Part shown: piece after piece, positions 40,154 to 53,324 of the stretch
Numbering within the stretch: position 1 is the stretch's first letter
How the letters are laid out: each line of letters begins with the position of its first letter
Origin: Eledone cirrhosa
Taxonomy: Eukaryota
NCBI GenBank assembly: GCA_964016885.1
Contig: OZ024749.1
Location: 40,734,001-40,798,000, forward strand
Direction of reading: 5' to 3'
Length of the DNA stretch: 64,000 nt
Translations under genes and position numbers: made by a program
Notes under the pieces: model-generated
The model's input: only the letters and a program-made list of their open reading frames with translations
What the model was told of the DNA's origin: nothing
The model's database searches: none

Positions 40154-40459
40154 GTATATGTATTTATATATATATATATATATGTATATGTATTTATATA
40201 TATATATATCTATGTATATGTATTTATATATATATATGTATTTATATATATATATATCTATGTATATGTATTTATATATATATATGTATATGTATTTATA
40301 TATATATATCTATGTATATGTATTTATATATATATATCTATGTATATGTATTTATATACATATATATATGTGTATATATGTATATGTATTTATATATATA
40401 TATGTGTATATATATGTGTATATATGTATATGTATTTGTATATGTATTTATATATATAT

Positions 40460-40491
<32 letters not shown>

Positions 40492-40782
40492 GTATTTATA
40501 TATATATGTGTATATACATATGTATATGTATTTATATATATATATATGTGTATATACATATATATATGTATATGTATTTATATATATATATATATGTGTA
40601 TATACATATATACATGTATATGTATTTATATATATATATATATGTGTATATACATATATATATGTATATGTATTTATATATATATATATATGTGTATATA
40701 CATATATATATATGTATATCTATTTATATATATGTATATGTATTTATATATATGTATATATATATATGTATATGTATTTATA

Positions 40783-40825
<43 letters not shown>

Positions 40826-40979
40826 ATATGTATGTAGATATATATATATATATATATATATATATCTACATATACATATATATATATATATCTCTACATA
40901 TACATATATATATATATCTACATATACATATATATATATATATATATATATCTACATATACATATATATATATATCTAC

Positions 40980-41010
<31 letters not shown>

Positions 41011-41025
41011 TCTACATATACATAT
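39740..41025. repeat. Compound (TA)n/TATGTATT satellite
   Basis: Direct reading. Confidence 0.9.
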
Positions 41026-41305
41026 GTGGTGGAGAATGGTAATAGTGGTGGTGGAGGGGAAGATTTGCAGATTGGGGCGTGTGATGTAGTGGAGGAGGGG
41101 GAGGGAGAATAAAGCATGAGGGGGGGAGTGATGTGATGGGAAGGTCTCAAGATAGAGATGGCGGGGATTGGTACTGTTGGTGGTGGGGGTGGTGGAACTA
41201 GTTGTGCAGAGTTAAGACAAAGGAAACTGTTGATATCTTAATTATAATAATAATAATAATAATGAAATTATTGTGTACAGTAACATTGTATATATATGTG
41301 TATGA

Positions 41306-41357
<52 letters not shown>

Positions 41358-42212
41358 ACATACATATATATGTGTATGTGAGAGTATATATATGTATATA
41401 TATATAGACATATAGGCTTACATATCTAAGGAAATATCTCTTCACTTTCTACCTCATAAACACCCTCCAGACCACCACCACCCACCCAGCATTTCCCTTA
41501 CACTGCTGCATCACCACCTCCCCCTTCTGGTAATCTCCAGTCCCTCCACTCTACCCCTTTCTACATCATCTGTTTCACCACCACCCTCTCTCTCCCAAGT
41601 ACCTCACCACTCCACCACTACCTCACCATTACCATGTCACTGCTGCCTTTTATCTATTTTCTTTGTCTTCACCCCCACCCCATCCACAACAAAGAACTAC
41701 ACACACACACTCTCTCATGTAAAGTGCCCAACATGCAGATGACTACTTGCATAACACTACACATACGTCCACATGCATATACAGACAAGCACATAGGATT
41801 CCCTCTTTCCTTCTTCTTTGTTTCTTATCTCCTACTATCCTCTTGCCCACCTCTCACTCCCACTACACCCCACCACCACCACTATAATGTATCTATAATG
41901 TAGGGAGTAGTTCCAAAGAAAGACTTCACTATAATGAGCCCTCCCTTTGCAAAACTACATTATTTTGGGAATGGCATGTTAGCTAGCTTCATCAGGGTGC
42001 TGTTCAAATACTTATATACAAACATACATACTTAAACACACATACATACACACTAACATGCACACACGTTTATGCAGGTTTAGGTTGCATCTCATTGGAG
42101 ATTTTTCAGGTTTTTTAATGATCGAGGTGACCCCCAGTCCTATGATGAAAAGCAATGTGAAATTACCATATATATATATATATATATATATATACTTGTA
42201 TGTATGTGTGTG

Positions 42213-42289
<77 letters not shown>

Positions 42290-42588
42290 TTGTATATAAG
42301 CCAAGAAATATGTAACGTAAAAAAAAAATCAATGATTTATGGGACATGGCTTATCTTCGAAGTTAATATTTTACCAATTTTCACCAACTTCAAAATTCTC
42401 TGTAAATGAGGTGCTAAGATATTTTCGCTTTGAAGGTGGATATTACGCTGGTTTTATTTTCGATGTGAAATTCTTATTTTTCTATTGTTTTTTATGTTTT
42501 GAATGAATATGACCTTCGAAATGGTCAGAAATTGGTAAAAAAAAAATTTTTACATTGTGAATTGTGAAACGAAAACTATACTGTAAAT

Positions 42589-42725
42589 CAGTGGTCACCA
42601 ACCAGTGGTCTGTAAGAAAAGTTTGGTGGTCCGCAGAGAAATTTTAATGTATTTATCTTTTTAAAATATTCATATTAGTGGTCTGCGAGATTTAAAATTA
42701 TGAATTTAGTGGTTGGTGACCACTG
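42589..42725. mobile_element. 137-bp hAT-type MITE nested in an older DNA element
   Basis: 15-bp TIR CAGTGGTCACCAACC/GGTTGGTGACCACTG; perfect 8-bp TSD CTGTAAAT (42581-42588 and 42726-42733). Confidence 0.9.
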
Positions 42726-43357
42726 CTGTAAATGACATAAATATATTCTCCACTCATGAGGATTTTAAAAACCACACTATCTAAACGTGTTGATTACCTG
42801 CCTCGGCTTATGAACAGGGTTTCAATTTTTGCCCATTTCTGAAACATAAAACGGTGGGGTGGATTATATTCAAGTATATATGGTGCCTTGCTTAAGAATA
42901 CTTGACATCTCGTCTAGGAATCGAATCCACAATATAATTTTTTTGATATATTCATACGTTCTACACACACATGCACACAAACTAGCATATCTTCAATATA
43001 TACATACACACTAAAATCTCTGAATATCATGATGGTGGTTATGGTAATAGTAATGGTGTCAGTAATGGTGGTAATTTTATACTCTTCACACACCACCATT
43101 ATATAATATATACATTTAGTCAAGGTGCTTAATCTTCATGAGTACGAACTACTAAGAATAGTCTGTTGGTCTAATTTGGCCAACTGACCTTGTAGTATTG
43201 GTCATGTATCTTACACACAGGCACATACACACAATCCTACTAAATACTCAAATCAAAATTTATTCTCACACGCTATCTTACACTATATATAAAATATATA
43301 TATATATATATATCATTATCATCATCATTTAACATCCATTTCCCATGCTAGAATGGG

Positions 43358-43406
<49 letters not shown>

Positions 43407-44455
43407 ATGAATTATCAAAGCAATGGATGGTTTGAAATTTGAAAATGTGGCAATTCCATATGTAGAAGATATCTTTAACAACAGTCAATCACTATAAATA
43501 ATAGCTTACAAAAGCAGGTAAAATACTCCTAGAGGCAAAAAAAAAGTAGCCAGCAGCTGCTACAGGGAATTGAACTACATATATCTCAAATATCTTTGGA
43601 CTGCGGCCACACTTGGGCACTGCCTTAAAGAGTGTTAATCATATCCAAATTATGTTCCAAATATCAGTGATATCAAAGTTTCCTAGAACCAAAAATTTGG
43701 AGGTGTTTAGTATTATAGTCAACTGTCTTACTATTAAAACTCTTTCGTTACCATATTTCTATTGAAAAACATTACATATGATTTTCAAAACATTTTGAAA
43801 ATCGTCTAGAATTTGATGTGATTTAGTAATATAACCAAATTTGTCCTCATATTGCTGGTGTTTGGAGCATAATGTTTCAAAGTCTCTTGCATGAAATTAT
43901 GATGGAAGGTATTTAGATAAATATAAACACTATAAAACAAACAGTTTTGCATCATAAAACCAGGGGTAGTTTCAGGCAAATTTGTATCAAAAGGGTTAAC
44001 ACAGACTTCAAGCTAGTTACTCATGTTAATATATGTAAACTTTTCCACAAGCTAAAGGCACTGGGTTTCTCTCATTCGTGTGCGGTGACATGTACTTTAT
44101 CTTAAGTTCCAACTCACTTGTTAATTCTTAATAAGCTCATTTTCTCAGCCAGTAAAACACCTTTGCTTTTAATTAAGCCTATGAAACTAAGTGTACAAGT
44201 CATTCACAGCAACTATTGAGTATATATGTCTATGTAAAGTTTATTTATGTATGTGTGTGTGTGTATTTTTTTTTTTTTTTTTTTTTTTTTTATTATTTGC
44301 TATCGAAATAGTAAAAGCTTAACTGTATGACAGAAAATCCTTATATCTACACTCTATTTTTCTTAAGTATAGAGTGCTAAATTCAATAATGCTGTTACTG
44401 GTCTTAGTAACATCTCACACATACATATAAACATACATTTTGGTCTTTGTATTTA

Positions 44456-44486
<31 letters not shown>

Positions 44487-44720
44487 ATTATGGTATGATT
44501 CAAAGGAAACTTCTTGTAAATTTGAGTGAGTAACCAGTTGATGAATTAATGTGTCACTGTATATACTGTGTCACTACTGTACTATGTCACTGTATTCTAC
44601 TGTGTGTCACTGTACTCTACTGTGACTATGGGCTATGTATTTGTTATTGTTTTAGTTGTCTGCAAGGATTCCAAGGTAACCAAAAAAGCAACAAAATCAA
44701 CTTAAAAGCTATATTTTTAA

Positions 44721-44940
44721 CCCTTTAGCATTTACATTACTCTATATTTACTGTTGTATTTTCACTGTAAATAATAGTTTTACATAATTATCTCACATAA
44801 AATCGAATCTATGAGATTTTGATGTTATTTATTTTGAGAACAATACCTTAACATCACTATGAGCAACCAGTTATGGTCAGTTTGAACAGAAAGAGGTGAG
44901 AGAATTCTGGCTGGATGCAGCCAGTTTAAATGCTAAAGGG
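44721..44940. mobile_element. piggyBac-type MITE
   Basis: TTAA|CCCTTTAGCATTTA ... TAAATGCTAAAGGG|TTAA; copies at 16135-16273, 50790-51013 and 56236-56426. Confidence 0.85.
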
Positions 44941-45180
44941 TTAAACTAAACCACCTTATTAAACAGACTAAAGCAAACAGTCTGTGTCTATTGTGGTTGG
45001 CAATATAATTACTTTTATTGTCATCGTTTTCATTGACATATATAGTTATCTCTAGTGAGTTAGTTGGTTGTGGCCATGCTGGATCACTGCATTCACTCAA
45101 GGAAAGGTGGTTTTTGTTGTGGTCAGAAAAGAAATCTTAGTTTCATGTTATATATGTGTATATATATATATATATATATA

Positions 45181-45402
45181 GCACAGTCCACGCTGTAATG
45201 TGGCCGTGTAGGTAACACGGTAAAAACCTCCCAGTCCACACTGTAAACGTGGTTGGTGTTAGGAAGGGCATCCAGCCGTAGAAAACCCGCCAGACAGTCC
45301 TATGCGAGCAAGACAACCACTCTTGCCTCAAGTGGGAAAACTGCCGTCCAAACCCATTTAAGCGTGGAAGATGGACGTTAAACGATGATGATGATGATGA
45401 TA
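45181..45402 (+). mobile_element. RTE 3' UTR fragment inserted after (TA)n
   Basis: Very similar to 12160-12374 and 15763-15987; (GAT)n tail. Confidence 0.8.
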
Positions 45403-46734
45403 TATAAGGATTGGCTGAAAAGTTCATAGGCTTACTATGAAAGAGTGCTGCTAGTGCTGTGAAATCTTGCATACATTAATTTCACCTCTTTTTATTAACT
45501 GCATTGTTTCTTTCCAGATACTCCTCATCATCGTTTAACATCCATTTTTCACGCTAGCATGGGTTAGACAGGTTGTCCCATTTGAGGCATGCCATGTCAG
45601 GTGACATGTTTCTGGCTTGATTTCTATGGCTGGATGCCAATCACATTTACAGTGTGGGCTGGGTGCTTTTTGCCACAACACCTACTCTCTCACACACAAA
45701 TATGTGATGGGCTTCCTTAAAGTTTCTATCTATAAAAATCCCCCAAAAGCCCGAATAGAAGACACTTTGCCCAAAGTGCCATGTGGTAGGCTAGAACCCA
45801 AGACCACATGGTTGGAAAGTGAACTTCTTATCCACACAGCCATGCCTGTGTTTTTCTATCATCATCATTGTCATCGTTTCATATCTGCTTTTATATATTA
45901 AAACTATAAGCAATTGTTCTACTAATAATGCAAATATCTAGATTTGCAACAAAATTTCTTTGTTTTATATGTTGTAATAAAAAATATATTTAGAAGAAGT
46001 AGAAAAACTACAAAAATCTAATTAAAATCTTCAAAAGTGTTAAAAACCAAAATAGAAAGATCTTAAGTATATCTTTGTGAGAATCTTTCTATGAAAAGCC
46101 TCTGTGAATGAGTTTAGTCTCTGCTTGAAATAACTTTATGGTATGGATATAACTAGAATATAGAATATATAGTTCCATTATCTTTTCTTTGGTATCACAC
46201 ATACTCTTTTTTCTGGCTTCTTATTCTTTAATTTGGCTTTTCTCTGTCTTTCTCTTTTATCTTTTTTTTCTTTTTCTTAATCCACCACCTTTTGTCTTTG
46301 TCACAACACACACATACACATCACACAAACAATTACAAGCACAAACACTATGAACCTTAGGGTGGTGTCCTAGCTTGGCCAGAACTGAATGGTTTGAAAC
46401 CAGTAAAAGAATATGCTATTTTCTTTTGTTTTATTTTTCAGAATCTGTATTTGATATTATTAATAATAATTGTTTCAACTTTTGGCACAAGGCCAGCAAT
46501 TATCTCAGTGCATTACTGGTGCTTTATTTTATCAACCCTGTAAGGATGAAAGGCAAATAATAATGATAATAATGCACTACTAGGCACTGCACACATATTA
46601 CAAAGAGTATTCTCAATACAATAGAAATAACAAGACGAAAAACAATACTGCACATATCCAAGACACACAGAACTGTGCTCGGTAATTTAATGACGATGCA
46701 ATAAAAATAAGACAAATAACAATAATAATAATAA

Positions 46735-46930
46735 TAATTGTTTCTACTTTTGGCACAAGGCCAGCAATTATCCCAGTATATTACTGGTACTTTATTTTAT
46801 CGACCCCCGTAGGGATGAAAGGCAAAGTTAACCTCGACGGGATTTGAACTCAGACCGTAAAGGGACGTAACTCTTTACTGCAAAGCATGGCAACCGACCC
46901 TCTACCGATACTGCCAATCCACCGCCCTAT
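46735..46930 (-). mobile_element. Deu/Nin-like SINE, complete copy
   Basis: Reverse complement of the 9368-9555 family. Confidence 0.8.
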
Positions 46931-47109
46931 AATGACCACCAACCAGGATGTGTCCTTAAAAAGAAAAACATGTAAAAGTATTATGGGACATAAAGATTGA
47001 AAGAAATAAGAAAATAGATCATTCCCACCAAGTTATTGTTGAATCTGTCTTGTCATTTGGTTAGAAAAGAAAAGAGTTAATTAATGTTGTTTGCTAGTTT
47101 GATACCAGA

Positions 47110-47710
47110 GTGATTGACAAAGAACATTAGAAAATATATAGAAAGGTACTGAGACCTTCATCTTCTTCGCCCACTTATTCCTGAGAGGGTCATGGAGGTC
47201 TTCCAGTGGGTCCTGTCAGAAGCAACCGTCTCCAACTGATCTGGCTGAATCTCCAAATGTGACCAGCCAAGCTGATGGATGTTATCCAACCATCTTGCTC
47301 AGGGTTTACCACTGTAAAATCTGTCCAGCGATTCTTTCCTGGGACATTCCAACCACATGCCCATAGTATCGGAGCTGTGACCTGAAATATGAAATACAGA
47401 GAATCCATGTTATCATCCCAATTGTAATAGAAGCCTTAGGGACAGTGACAAGAAGTTTGAACAGTTAGTTGAAGATGTTGGATATAGAGGCTGAATTTCT
47501 TAATTCTGTAGAAAGCTTGTTTGTATGACACAGCAAAGACAGTATGAAAGGTGTTAGATATACCTAAGGCTAGAACGGCTTGAAGTTTAACTGGTTAGTT
47601 GAAGAAGTTGGTATAGAGGTGAATTTCCCTGACTCTTCAGAAGGTTTGTTTGCTTGGTACAGCATGAACCATAGAAAAAGTGTTAGACACACCTAAGGCT
47701 GATATCTAAC
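47110..47710 (-). mobile_element. Old, decayed LINE (RTE/RTEX-like) C-terminal remnant
   Basis: ISLAGHIWR...LLLTGP.GRP resembles the post-RT motif of RTE-group ORF2; stops and frameshifts present. Confidence 0.5.
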
Positions 47711-48472
47711 AATCCAAATACCGGCAGAGTAACAATGAAATACTGAAAGAGAGAAGAAAGATGATTTTTTTTTTTTTTTTTTTTTTTTTTCTCCCCCCAC
47801 AAGGATGCAAGACATTGTGGACAATGCAAGGGTGAAAAATACCCTTTCTGTTAATTTTGGCAGACCATCATAAAGTTGTATATTGGCAGTGTGACTGTAC
47901 ATTGTCTGATATTCAAGCTTGTATGTGAGTGCTTATGTCCTGCAACCATATAACAAGACAACAAGACAGATTCAACTGTTGTTAACAAAAAATGATAAAT
48001 AAATTTTAAAAAAAGCTTGATCTTAACATTCTTCCTCAGGAGTGATTTCCAGATCTTTCATAATTTATAGCACACTTGCCATGGAATTGGTTTTTTTGGG
48101 GGGGGTTTTTTGTATCTTTTTCTGAGCTGGCTATTCAGGCTTCAAGACATTTAATTTGTTCAACAACGTTTATATATATATCATCAGTTTTATGTTCATT
48201 TTTCCACATTTGCATGGGTTAGATGGGTCCTTTTCAGCACAGCATCTTTCCAGTCTCAGCGATTTCAGATCAGCTCTCATTACCTCTGCCTAGGTCTTCC
48301 TTGTATGTATATATATATATATATATATATATTATAAAATTAACGAAGATTACTGGTATTAATTCAACAGTCTCTGGCCAGCATCTAGCTCACTCAATGA
48401 ATCTGCTGAATTGCAGTAATGCAGTTGCAATCAGCCGTTCAGAGTGCACACATTTAGTTAATAGCAGTGGTG

Positions 48473-48506
<34 letters not shown>

Positions 48507-48838
48507 TGAACAGCTTTTGAATGTAAACACCATTGTCTGTAAAGTATCGAGCTTTCGAAGCACTGAGGGGCCATGAAGTTCATAGAAAATGTTGGAAACT
48601 CAGACGCATAAAATAACTGTAAATACCGTTGGTTGGTTGGTTGGTATAAATATTAGCTTAAAGTAGCTCAATGGTTAGAGCAGTCAGCTGGTATCTGAAA
48701 GATGTGAGGTTTGATTCTTTATAACGACCACTGGCCACGTTTTTCTATCCATAGAGGTATTTTCCCCAATTTTCTAAGCTATTATTTATACCAACCAACT
48801 GTGTTTACAGTTATCTGCATTTCTGAGTTTCCTATATT

Positions 48839-48893
<55 letters not shown>

Positions 48894-51094
48894 GGAGCTC
48901 GCAAGGGTAACCACTGCTTTAGTAGAGAAAACCCTCTTAAAATGCTAATGAAAACTTAATTAAAATGTTAGTTAATGACTAATATTGTTGGTTTGTAATT
49001 TTTCCTCACTGCATAATTATTTCTAGGAGGAATAGTACATCTAGGACTACATTATCCAATGTGCCTGCATTTTTAAAGACGATAGTATTTGGCTGCTATT
49101 TCTAGCACGCCGAGTGACACCTCCCCCCACCTTAGAAGACATGATGATGGTGATATTATTTTTTTTTTCTTCTATGTATTTGTTTTATTTGCTGTTGGGG
49201 TTTTATTTTATTTTGTTATTCTGTTGTTCAGCATCACTGTGTATGTGTGTCAATGTATGTGTGTGTGTGCGTGCATGTTGTATATATGCATGTGTGTGTG
49301 TAGATATGACTACCATATCAGTTGTTAGTTAGCCAGGATGGGCATGGGTGGAGGCATCATCTATTATTACAATATATTATCTCTATCTGCCCTATGGTGT
49401 GTCTGTATGTATGTGTGTGAATGTGTACCACTATCTACCTTATGGTGTCTCTGTATATGTATTTGTGTGTATATATCTGCCCTAAAGTTGTGTGTGTGTG
49501 TGTGTGTTTATATATATATATATATATACCTACTTCAAGATTGTGTGTATGTGTGTGTATATGTACATATACATGTGTGTGTACATACCTACTCCAAGAT
49601 TGTATGTGTGTGTGTACATACCTACTCCAAGATTGTATATGTGTGTGTGTGTGTATGTGTACATATACATGTGTGTGTACATACCTACTCCAAGATTGTA
49701 ATGTGTGTGTATGTGTACATATACATGTGTGTGTACATACCTACTCCAAGATTGTATGTGTGTGTCTGTACATATACATGTGTGTGTGTCTATATATCTA
49801 CCCTAAGGTTGTGTGTATGTATCAATTATGTTTCCATCTTGATCATGTTCAGCAAATTTCATTTACATGATTTCTTTATTTCTCTCACCTCTTCTTTCTT
49901 CACCTTCATCTTCTTTTTTATTTTATTTCTGTCTTTATCATCTTTATCTTCAAATTTTGCTCTTTGTCTTTTCTTTCATCGTTTTCTATTTATTCGTCTC
50001 TATTCTTTTATCTTCTTTATCTTCTACGATCATCATCATCGTCATCATCATCATCATCTAGCAGCAGAAGTTTCTACTTTTATCTCCCAGTATTGATTAG
50101 TCATTTGATAATAATTTGATATCTAATGGGTGGTTAGGAGTAGTTATGTGGTGGTGGTGGTGGTGGTGGTATAGTGATTGTATTGTGGTGATGTAGTAGG
50201 GGTAGTGGCTCTGTAGTGCTGGAAGAGAAATTGAAAATATCAGAAGATCTGTGTGATGGAGGTGGGAGGGGAGAAGGACATCATCATTTTGCATCTGTTT
50301 TCCATCTTGCATCTGTTTTCCATGCTAGTATGGGTTGGACAGGTTGTCATAATCCACGACTAGACACTGGATAACCACATCTTGCTCCACATCTTGCTCA
50401 TACATTCCATATTTTAGCATGATGTCTACAGCTTCTCAGAGAAAGACACCATGCAGGAAGGATGGAAGCAAATTGTGTGACCAGTGATTTATAAGGACAT
50501 TTTATTGTCTGGTCAATCCATTTTGACCAGTGATATATAAGGACATCTGTTAGTCTGGTCAATGCATTGTGACCAGTGATATAGAAGGACATCTTTAGTC
50601 TGGTCAATCCAAACATCCAGATATCTACAGCTGGATGCACTTCCTAATGCCAATATTAAAGAAAAATATTGTATTATTTTTGTTGTTGTTTTTTTCTAGT
50701 TTTCCCCTACTCTCCACTCTCCCCTCTAAAGTGAGTCCCTTGCCTCTACCTCCAGAGGTAGCTAGGTTACCTCCACCATACCACCATAACCCTTTAGCAT
50801 TGATATTACTCTATATTTACTATTGTATTTTTGTAGTAAAGGATTTTTTATCTTACATAATTATCTCACATAATATTCAATCTACGAGATTTTGTTGTTA
50901 TTTATTTTGAGAACAATAACTTAATGTCAGTATGAGCGGCCAGTTACAGCCGGTTTGAACAGAAAGAGGTGAGATAGTTCTGGCCGGATATGGCCGGTTT
51001 AAATGCTAAAGGGTTAACACTTTCATATCCATATTTCAAATGAAAGACACTGCCTATAGTTTTCAAATCATTTTGAAAATAATCCACAATTTGG

Positions 51095-51136
<42 letters not shown>

Positions 51137-51729
51137 CTTCCCCATTATTAAGCTTGTGTTTGGAACATAACTTAACAAAGGTTCTTACATGTAATTATGG
51201 GGGAACTCTTTTATATTATAGAACCAAGAACCAGGAGTAGTTTCAGATGGTTTGGTATCAAATGGTTAAAATATTCTCACCTGAAATATATACCATGTTT
51301 TATCATCTAAATATTCACACCTTGTTCCTAATATCCTTCGATCGATTATCTCCAATATTCAAATTGGTGGGTTTTACTTTGTTTTATTCTTTTTGTCACT
51401 GTTCTTTCTTCCTTTTGGTTTCTCTCATTCTTTCTCTCTTTACTTTTTTCCTTACTTTCTTTTCACTTCTTTTCATTCTCAGCTTGTCTACCTGTCCATT
51501 GAAATCTCAATCTCTCTCTTTTACTATTCTCCATTCTTCAGAATTACACACACACACACACACACATATATATGTATCTATAGACACACACATATGCCCA
51601 TATAAATATACATGTGTATGTATGTATACATCATTGCACTTTAAGCCAGTCTAATCCATTGTTTAACAGTTTCCTGCAAACCATCACAATTACTTCGAGC
51701 TAATCTCTTTTGTAATGGAGCACCCAATA

Positions 51730-52620
51730 CACCAACAACATCAACACTACCACCACCAACATCAACACTATCACCACCAACATCATCAACACCGACACCA
51801 CTAACAACACCACCAACATCAACACTATCACCACCAACATCATCAACACCGACACCACTAACAACACCACCAACATCAACACTATCACCACCAACATCAT
51901 CAACACCGACACCACTAACAACACCACCACCAACATCAACACTATCACCACCAACATCATCAACACCGACACCACTAACACCACCACCAACATCAACACT
52001 ATCACCACCAACATCATCAACACCGACACCACTAACAACACCACCAACATCAACACTATCACCACCATCATCATCAACACCGACACCACTAACAACAACA
52101 TCAACACTATCACCACCAACATCATCAACACCGACACCACTAACAACACCACCAACATCAACACTATCACCACCATCATCATCAACACCGACACCGCTAA
52201 CAACACCACCAACATCAACACTATCACCACCAACATCATCAACACCGACACCACTAACAACACCACCAACATCAAAACCACCACCATCACCACCAACATC
52301 AACATCACCACCAATAACATCAACACCACCAACAACACCACCACCATCACCATCACCACCAACATCATCAACACCGACACCACTAACAACACCACCAACA
52401 TCAACACCACCAACATCAACACCATCACCACCAACAACACCACCACCAACAACACCACCACCAACAACAACACCACCACCACCATCACCACCAACATCAA
52501 AACCACCACCATCACCACCAACAACATCAAAACCACCACCATCACCACCAACAACATTATCACCACCACCAACAACATCAATACCACCACCACCCCCATC
52601 AATGACAATAACACCACAAT
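51730..52620. repeat. 57-60-bp CA-rich triplet-based minisatellite
   Basis: CAACACTATC at 51763 and 51820; built from NCA triplets. Confidence 0.9.
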
Positions 52621-52673
52621 TACCACCGTAATGTTCTTCAGTTAATCAATATATTGAACTTAGATATATACAT

Positions 52674-52706
<33 letters not shown>

Positions 52707-52802
52707 GAGAGAGAGAGAGCACATATATGCGAATACATGCAAACACACGTGCACAGACACACACACATGCATATGTGTGTGCATGTATTCACTTATATGT
52801 GT

Positions 52803-52863
<61 letters not shown>

Positions 52864-53188
52864 GCAAATCTTTACAAAATTTAGCACAAATCCAGATCCA
52901 TGCCAGAATAATCTATGAACACAATATCCCAACTTGAGCTGCCCCTGGAGTAGTGAGAGGGGAGTCTAGAAAGAAAATGGAGAAAGACTGAAGTTCTAAT
53001 GGGATGGGAGTGGAATAGTTGAAGCTGGATGTTCATTAATAGAGTATTTTCATTTAAAATTTGTCATTTTCTGAAATGTCAAATTATGCTCTCTCTCTCT
53101 CTCTCTCTCCCTCTCTCTCTCCCTCTCTCTCCCCCTCTCTCTCTCCCTCTCTCTCCCCCTCTCTCTCTCTAATGCAGTCAGTTCAATG

Positions 53189-53224
<36 letters not shown>

Positions 53225-53324
53225 TGTGTGTGGCTTAGTGCCAATGTACTTTCACTATTATAGTAGTAGAGGTAGTGGTTGTATTTATTATTAAATTAAA
53301 ACAACAAGAACTTATTATTCTATG

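Noticed and set aside
41960-42000. Minus-strand CUGAUGA-AGCUAGCU-AACAUG
   Set aside because: Lacks GAAA, a cleavage triplet and a stem I partner
48660-48730. tRNA-like sequence (TAGCTCAATGGTTAGAGC...GGTTTGATTC)
   Set aside because: Acceptor and T stems do not pair; decayed SINE head rather than a tRNA gene
51700-52626. 308-aa hydrophobic V/L/M ORF
   Set aside because: Reverse reading of the CA-rich minisatellite
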